A stretch of DNA of 40,385 nucleotides. It comes from a virus. Taxonomy: Duplodnaviria > Caudoviricetes. The stretch covers positions 1-40,385 of IMG/VR virus record IMGVR_UViG_3300032227_000978; one strand, written 5' to 3'. Below are positions 35,162 through 40,385 of the stretch, one piece after another (position 1 is the stretch's first letter; each line of letters opens with the position of its first letter). The translations under genes and the position numbers were made by a program. A model generated the notes under the pieces. It was given only the letters and a program-made list of their open reading frames with translations. It was not told the DNA's origin and ran no database searches.

Positions 35162-35908
35162 ATGTCTAAATTAGGTAGCAAAAAAATTGATACTACCACT
35201 AAAAAAAAGTTATTGCGAACTAAACCTAAAAAAATAAATTATGATAGTCAAACTAATAAATTAAAAGAACACCTTCCTTTAATTGAATCTTTTTCGCAAC
35301 AAGATTTTTTGCAGTATGAAAATTTAATTAATAAATTTAGCTCAGGACAAGGGACAATTAATAATATGTTTCAGTACATGGATAATCAGGGAATTACAGC
35401 TGGTCCATGTAGAACACTGGCAGAGGTTAGGTTAAACAACAGATACCTACATCAAAAGCTTATTCAACAACTAAGATCAAGCTGGTATGATTATGATACC
35501 TTTTACAAAGATAAAGTAAAAAACGATTCTAATTTGTTTTGGGAAGTAATGGTCAATAAATTGTCACGGTCTCAAAAAGAAAGAAAAATTCATTTATCTG
35601 AAAAGTGGCAGGGTGATGAAGGTAAAGTAGAATTAAAAAATTTTTTAATTAAACTTTTTGAGAAACAAGAAGGTAAATGTGCCCTTAGTGGTGTCCCTAT
35701 CGTTTTAGAACTAGGAAAAAATAGACCATTACCCAATAAATGTTCACTTGATAGAATTAATAGCAATAATGGATACACACCACAAAATGTATGGTTCGTG
35801 GCATGGTGGGTTAACCAAATGAAAATGGATCAAACCATGGACGATTTTAAAGAACGGGTGCTTTTACTTGCGAAAAGTTTTAAAAAACTTGACAATAATT
35901 TAAAATAA
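35162..35908 (+). CDS. HNH/His-Me finger endonuclease, probable free-standing homing endonuclease
   Basis: QEGKCALSG...SLDRINSNNGY...NVWFV...VNQMK beta-beta-alpha-metal pattern; flanked by the duplicated gene start. Confidence 0.75.
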   Translation: MSKLGSKKIDTTTKKKLLRTKPKKINYDSQTNKLKEHLPLIESFSQQDFLQYENLINKFSSGQGTINNMFQYMDNQGITAGPCRTLAEVRLNNRYLHQKLIQQLRSSWYDYDTFYKDKVKNDSNLFWEVMVNKLSRSQKERKIHLSEKWQGDEGKVELKNFLIKLFEKQEGKCALSGVPIVLELGKNRPLPNKCSLDRINSNNGYTPQNVWFVAWWVNQMKMDQTMDDFKERVLLLAKSFKKLDNNLK

Positions 35909-35917
35909 TAGTATACT
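35889..35917 (+). promoter_or_regulatory. Sigma70-type promoter overlapping the endonuclease 3' end
   Basis: TTGACA-17 nt-TATACT upstream of the intact RNase H gene. Confidence 0.7.
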
Positions 35918-35952
35918 TTGTACGTTATGTCTAACTATATACTATCCTAATC

Positions 35953-36972
35953 ATGAAATACGCACTTATCGATACCGCAAATACCTTCTTCCGTGCTCGG
36001 CATATCGCTAGCCGCAATAGTACAGTGGAAGAAAAGGTCGGGATGGCTCTGCATCTTACATTAGCAAGTGTAAATCAGGTAGTTAAAAAATTTAAAATTG
36101 ATCACGTAGTGGTATGTCTAGAAGGCCGCAGCTGGCGTAAGGATTACTATAAGCCATATAAGGCAAATCGCAAGTTAGATGAATCCGTTATGACTGAAGC
36201 GGACATTGAAGAAAACAAAATGTTTTGGGAAACATATGATATGTTTACTAAATTTCTTCGTGAAAAAACTAATGTCAGTGTACTCAGGCATGAACGGGCT
36301 GAGGCTGATGATATCATTGCCCGTTTTATTCATTTGCATCCTAATGATACGCATTACATTATTTCTTCTGACACTGATTATATCCAACTTATTAATGAAA
36401 ACGTCAATCAGTACAACGGTATCACTAACCAACTTATCACTACAGAGGGATATCATGATGAGAAAGGAAGGTTGGTTCTAGATAAAAAAACAAAAGAACC
36501 TAAACTATTGGGTGATCCACAATTTCATCTATTTGAAAAATGTATGCGTGGTGACTCTACTGATAATGTATTCTCCGCTTATCCAGGCGTTCGCACTAAA
36601 GGCAGTAAAAATAAAGTTGGATTGATTGAAGCTTATGCGGATCGTACTAAGCAGGGATTTAATTGGAATAATATGATGCTTCAACGTTGGGTCGATCATG
36701 AGGGTGTAGAACATCGTGTTAGAGATTGCTATGAACGCAATCGTACCCTAATTGATCTGACCGCACAACCTGAAGATATTAAAACAGAAGTAGATCAGCG
36801 TATCAAATCTGAAGTTCGTATAAATACTACTCCACAAGTTGGTGTGCATTTCATGCGGTTCTGTGGAAAATATGAATTAACTAAAATCAGTGAGCAGGCT
36901 GAAACTTATGCCAAATGGCTCAACAATCCTTATAAGGGAAATATTTGTGAACAACGGAGTTTAAATGAATAA
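35953..36972 (+). CDS. rnh: T4 RNase H-like 5'-3' exonuclease / flap endonuclease
   Basis: LID, WRKDYY..YKANR, EADDII, SSDTDY.QL and GDSTDN. Confidence 0.92.
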   Translation: MKYALIDTANTFFRARHIASRNSTVEEKVGMALHLTLASVNQVVKKFKIDHVVVCLEGRSWRKDYYKPYKANRKLDESVMTEADIEENKMFWETYDMFTKFLREKTNVSVLRHERAEADDIIARFIHLHPNDTHYIISSDTDYIQLINENVNQYNGITNQLITTEGYHDEKGRLVLDKKTKEPKLLGDPQFHLFEKCMRGDSTDNVFSAYPGVRTKGSKNKVGLIEAYADRTKQGFNWNNMMLQRWVDHEGVEHRVRDCYERNRTLIDLTAQPEDIKTEVDQRIKSEVRINTTPQVGVHFMRFCGKYELTKISEQAETYAKWLNNPYKGNICEQRSLNE

Positions 36973-37423
36973 ATCATTGATTGCCAAACCGGTAATTAAG
37001 AATCAATATTGGGTAGTTACTGACGGTGAGAAAAAAGTCGGTAACGTAACGGCTGAAGAATCAGGGTATAATTTAAAACTAAATGGTAACAATCATTTTT
37101 TTAAAACTACCAACGATATTAAAAAGTATACGTTAATTGAATTTGAATCTTTAAAGACAAAAATCAAATCAGACTTGCCTTTTTATAATTTTCCAACTCC
37201 AGCTAAATTTTATAATTCTATACTAGATATTAAACGTAAATTACATTTGTTTACCAAAACTAAAAAAAGCAAATGCTTTTATGCAGCCGGCTGGTTTGTT
37301 ATCAATCAACTTCAAGAAAACGAAATAGTATTTTGTCCTAAATATATTTTTGTTCAACGGTATAAATATATAGGACCTTTTCTTACTAAAGAGGAAGCAG
37401 AAAGCTTGATAAATACCGTATGA
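36965..37423 (+). CDS. Hypothetical protein
   Basis: Overlaps the rnh stop and the next start. Confidence 0.7.
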   Translation: MNKSLIAKPVIKNQYWVVTDGEKKVGNVTAEESGYNLKLNGNNHFFKTTNDIKKYTLIEFESLKTKIKSDLPFYNFPTPAKFYNSILDIKRKLHLFTKTKKSKCFYAAGWFVINQLQENEIVFCPKYIFVQRYKYIGPFLTKEEAESLINTV

Positions 37424-37623
37424 TTCAAATTAAAAGGTTTATAGAAAAAGTTTCATTAGTTGAAAGTAAACAGAGCAGAGATGTTGTGATTCCTATCGGG
37501 GAAGCTAGAATTTTGCGTGATGAGTTAGCAAGCATCCTTGTTGACTTTTATAATAAAAGTAATGAGAAAAAAGAGGCACCAGAAGAAATTAAATTAGAAA
37601 TTAAAGGTGGCAAGTTTAAATGA
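37420..37623 (+). CDS. Hypothetical protein
   Basis: ATGA coupling; GATAAATA at 37408-37415 just upstream. Confidence 0.65.
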   Translation: MIQIKRFIEKVSLVESKQSRDVVIPIGEARILRDELASILVDFYNKSNEKKEAPEEIKLEIKGGKFK

Positions 37624-37919
37624 GTAGAACTAAACCCAAAGTACTAATGGAGATAGTAGATAAAACTACATACAAGTGTGATCAAATCGTAGAAGCATTT
37701 GGTATTTGGGCTGTATTCTATGAAAATCAACCTATTAATTTTAAATCACAACATTACTTAGACAATGAAACTACTCCCAAATACAAAAAAACAAGTTTCT
37801 CTAATCCAGGTCATGCTAGAAATTTATGTCGTAGATTAAATTCACAGTTTAAAACAGATAAGTTTACTGTGGTATTTATGAATTCAGGGACATGCGTTTA
37901 CCCAGATGCCTCCACGTAA
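37620..37919 (+). CDS. Hypothetical protein
   Basis: ATGA coupling; 99 aa. Confidence 0.7.
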   Translation: MSRTKPKVLMEIVDKTTYKCDQIVEAFGIWAVFYENQPINFKSQHYLDNETTPKYKKTSFSNPGHARNLCRRLNSQFKTDKFTVVFMNSGTCVYPDAST

Positions 37920-38322
37920 ATCTATTAAACAGTATATTACTGAAGCTGTTCTAGCAGAAATACCCAAACACTTGTTTAATGATAGTGATTTGCCAATAGA
38001 CCAATTGATATTTAAATGGTGGTTAACAGGCAGACAAGAGGGTCTTAGATTAAAAGATGAAGGTCTAGCCGCATTTCTATTAGCGGAAATTGAATACTAT
38101 GAATACGACTTGCTAGCTCCTGTAGGTAAATGGCATGAATACTTATTAGAATTAAATAAAAAAATTAAATGCCCTTACTATATTGATGCAAATAGAAAAC
38201 ATCCAACTAGTGAGCTTAATGATAAACCACGCATTAAATTGTTTGATAGCAAAATTGCAATGATGATTAGTTTATATGGCACTGTGCCAAATTATTTAGA
38301 ATCTATAAAGGTGAAAAGATGA
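37906..38322 (+). CDS. Hypothetical protein
   Basis: Overlapping operon packing; 138 aa. Confidence 0.7.
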   Translation: MPPRKSIKQYITEAVLAEIPKHLFNDSDLPIDQLIFKWWLTGRQEGLRLKDEGLAAFLLAEIEYYEYDLLAPVGKWHEYLLELNKKIKCPYYIDANRKHPTSELNDKPRIKLFDSKIAMMISLYGTVPNYLESIKVKR

Positions 38323-38465
38323 CAGAAGAAGATAAAACCAAGAAACCAAAAATTACGATGCCTCCAAAAAAGAATCAGGTATATAATCAACCTAAAGTAC
38401 CTAAGCCAAATACAAAGGGTTTTGGTGGATCTAGTGTAGTACGCAGAACTGGCCGAGGTCGTTAA
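38319..38465 (+). CDS. 48 aa basic microprotein (not in ORF track)
   Basis: ATGA coupling with AAGGTG RBS; Lys/Pro-rich, ends VRRTGRGR. Confidence 0.55.
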   Translation: MTEEDKTKKPKITMPPKKNQVYNQPKVPKPNTKGFGGSSVVRRTGRGR

Positions 38466-38950
38466 TAATAAATACCTTCATTACGCATTCTTTTAATAAA
38501 TGACAAGTATGAGCTACATATACCATAACACCTTACATGTACTGTACTGAATAGTCCTCTATCATTTATTTCAGGAAGGAAAAGAATACTGGAAGTACTT
38601 ATAGGAATGGTTCCCGGAGTAATGATTTGACCACCACTAGCAGTAGTTGGGTTGTTTTCATTAACATTGTTAAACCAAAAATAATTTGGATATAACTTAA
38701 CTGGCTGTGTAATAATCCAATCTCGCATTTCAGTATTAAGAGCGTTAATCCAAAATCTTTTACCTTGTAGATATTTTGGAGTTACTTCAATTACAGGCTG
38801 CCCAGTTCCAATGTATAGTACACCATTGATACGCCAAACATTGACCATACACGAATAACCGGCGTTAAATGCATTTGTAATTTGCTGAGGAGTGTTGGCC
38901 TTGTCAAAATTTTGACCATCGAAAACACCTTGATATGATATGTATAACAT
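38462..38950 (-). CDS. Degenerate PLC-like/GDPD phosphodiesterase-fold protein
   Basis: ISYQG..NTP..I..A...GY...VNVW aligns by eye with IxHRG..EN...A...G..ExDV, but the catalytic residues are replaced. Confidence 0.5.
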   Translation of the reverse strand: MLYISYQGVFDGQNFDKANTPQQITNAFNAGYSCMVNVWRINGVLYIGTGQPVIEVTPKYLQGKRFWINALNTEMRDWIITQPVKLYPNYFWFNNVNENNPTTASGGQIITPGTIPISTSSILFLPEINDRGLFSTVHVRCYGICSSYLSFIKRMRNEGIYY

Positions 38951-39073
38951 CTAGTATTTATGATAATAATGGGCAAAGAGTTTTTACAAACTGTCAACGG
39001 AATCTGTATCTCGCACGTTAATATATATGTAGACACAAAAATCTACGTTTCATTTTTTATAAAGGAAAACCAA

Positions 39074-39337
39074 ATGAAAACAATCGCTACTTTGATCTCT
39101 GGTCTTTTTGCTGTTACCGCTTTTGCTTCTGAGCCTGCTAAGGCACCTGCTGCTGCACCTACTGAGCTTAAGCTTCCTGCTAAGGCACCTGCTGCTGCAC
39201 CTGCTAAAGTAGATGCAGTTACCAAACAGGATAAGCATGACGTTGCAAAGCCTGCAAAAAGTGAAGACAAGGCTCCTGCCAAAGCCGACACAAAGGCTGC
39301 TGCGCCAGCTACCACAGCAGCACCGGCAGCTAAGTAA
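39074..39337 (+). CDS. Secreted Ala/Pro/Lys-rich low-complexity protein
   Basis: AAGGA RBS; signal peptide MKTIATLISGLFAVTAFA; 27 nt exact direct repeat at 39134-39160 and 39176-39202. Confidence 0.75.
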   Translation: MKTIATLISGLFAVTAFASEPAKAPAAAPTELKLPAKAPAAAPAKVDAVTKQDKHDVAKPAKSEDKAPAKADTKAAAPATTAAPAAK

Positions 39338-39509
39338 TTTTTGTTTAGATGATGATGACGACGGTACTACCATTGAAGACTTAGACTTACATGCAGGTTA
39401 CCGTCGTGATATCATTTTACCAAAAAAGGTAGTAGAATCTGAGCTTAATGATTATATTAAATTTAGATTAGAATTATCTAGGTACTTGGCACTTAGAATC
39501 TACGACACG

Positions 39510-39534
39510 AAATGGGGATAATATCCCCATTTTT
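39510..39534 (+). terminator. Hairpin, possible intrinsic terminator
   Basis: AAATGGGGAT-AAT-ATCCCCATTT followed by TT. Confidence 0.55.
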
Positions 39535-39623
39535 AGCACTCAAAATGCTGCAATGCAAAAATTAGGACTAAATAGATTAGTAGAAACCATAAGTAACTAC
39601 TATCAACAAAAAGGAAACATATA

Positions 39624-39782
39624 ATGTTTATATTATTCAATAAATTTTTCAATTTACTTGAGCGTTTTAGCAATCATCAAACAGATTTAGAGCGATTTAT
39701 TGCTGCTCATAATCCACAACACGGTGGAGATGTTGACAATCTCATTAGACGATTCACTTACGACACACGGACCGTATTATGA
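39624..39782 (+). CDS. 52 aa hypothetical protein (not in ORF track)
   Basis: AAGGA RBS; DLERFIAAHNPQHGGDVDNLIRRF helical motif. Confidence 0.6.
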   Translation: MFILFNKFFNLLERFSNHQTDLERFIAAHNPQHGGDVDNLIRRFTYDTRTVL

Positions 39783-39874
39783 AATATATTCGTAAATTTT
39801 ATGAATTTTTAGTTATGTGTGGTGAAGTTGTTTATGAATATCGCAAACACAATAAAATTCATCATTACTATTAA
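39779..39874 (+). CDS. 31 aa microprotein
   Basis: ATGA overlap with the previous ORF. Confidence 0.45.
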   Translation: MKYIRKFYEFLVMCGEVVYEYRKHNKIHHYY

Positions 39875-39875
39875 A

Positions 39876-39953
39876 ATGGACATGTTAAACTTCATCATAG
39901 CATTATGCTATTTTTTACGGTTTGATCCTAAAAACCTTGAAGTTCATCCATGA
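39876..39953 (+). CDS. 25 aa microprotein
   Basis: Starts 1 nt after the previous stop; hydrophobic N-terminal half. Confidence 0.35.
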   Translation: MDMLNFIIALCYFLRFDPKNLEVHP

Positions 39954-40015
39954 ATTGGTGGCCTGTTACAGATGAAGAATGGGAAGATTTAAATTTTCCT
40001 GAGAAATTTAAATAA
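39950..40015 (+). CDS. 21 aa microprotein
   Basis: ATGA overlap; MNWWPVTDEEWEDLNFPEKFK. Confidence 0.4.
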   Translation: MNWWPVTDEEWEDLNFPEKFK

Positions 40016-40030
40016 GATAAATATTACACT

Positions 40031-40276
40031 ATGATTAATCCCTTACTACCATGGTTCAAGCCCACAATGAATGCAGCATTTTTTATTGATGCATTTCAAG
40101 GTGTCAAACGTGATTTAACTGATAAGATTATTACAGATCCCACATTAAATCGTGCTGCTCATAATTATATCAATAGTCAAACAGAATTTGCCAAGATGCT
40201 GACCAATAATGCAGTTGATCTTGCTCACTATTCTATGGATTGTATCACGAACAGATACTTTCCAAAGAAAGACTAA
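40031..40276 (+). CDS. Amphipathic helical protein, possibly phasin-like
   Basis: All-helical pattern IDAFQ..K......Y...QTEFAK; GATAAATA at 40016-40023. Confidence 0.45.
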   Translation: MINPLLPWFKPTMNAAFFIDAFQGVKRDLTDKIITDPTLNRAAHNYINSQTEFAKMLTNNAVDLAHYSMDCITNRYFPKKD

Positions 40277-40321
40277 TCCACTTTACGGATTGACATTACA
40301 CACACACATAGGAGAAATAAA

Positions 40322-40385
40322 ATGTCAGACTACACACCAAAACTTCCCGAAGTTAAATTCAACAAGAACGGATATGAAATCCGCA
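40322..40385 (+). CDS. Hypothetical protein, 3' partial
   Basis: AGGAG RBS after an (AC)n tract; MSDYTPKLPEVKFNKNGYEIR runs off the window. Confidence 0.65.
   Translation, partial: MSDYTPKLPEVKFNKNGYEIR

Noticed and set aside
35115-35985. Group I intron or ribosomal bypass in the RNase H gene
   Set aside because: There is no room for an intron core around the endonuclease ORF, and the downstream gene has its own promoter and complete N-terminus.
1-40385. Stop-codon reassignment
   Set aside because: Recognisable genes are full length and tightly packed under the standard code, and TAA, TGA and TAG all terminate genes.

Overview
This is a 40 kb segment of a large, AT-rich lytic dsDNA tailed phage with T4-like replication and late-promoter logic. 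No rRNA, tRNA, CRISPR or integrase is seen. Left to right it holds: (1) a tandem array of Gly-rich/Thr-rich virion-fibre-like paralogs, a six-repeat propeller-like domain and a triple LamG protein; (2) modular proteins with T4 capsid-targeting-like N-termini and Glu-containing linkers, carrying GNAT, ParB-like, amidoligase and HExxH domains, plus Dps; (3) TilS, a DsbA-like protein, family B DNA polymerase and a probable clamp; (4) a 7-deazaguanine DNA-modification cluster (TGT-fold DpdA-like, QueD-like DpdL, FolE, QueD, QueE, no QueC) interleaved with two glycosyltransferases and a GalE-like epimerase; (5) a reverse-strand block of further modular proteins (ASCH, GP88-like); (6) UvsE, ParB-like and T5orf172-like genes, an HNH-type endonuclease flanked by a duplicated RNase H gene start, and small ORFs. 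The most notable signals are a DNA-conserved ~20 nt linker (AAGGTGTRGCGGAAG, encoding GVAE) at domain junctions of two otherwise unrelated polyproteins, the deazaguanine plus glycosylation cluster, twin identical-loop hairpins in the folE leader, and the synonymously recoded RNase H start duplication. All calls come from motif recognition by eye; no database searches were run.
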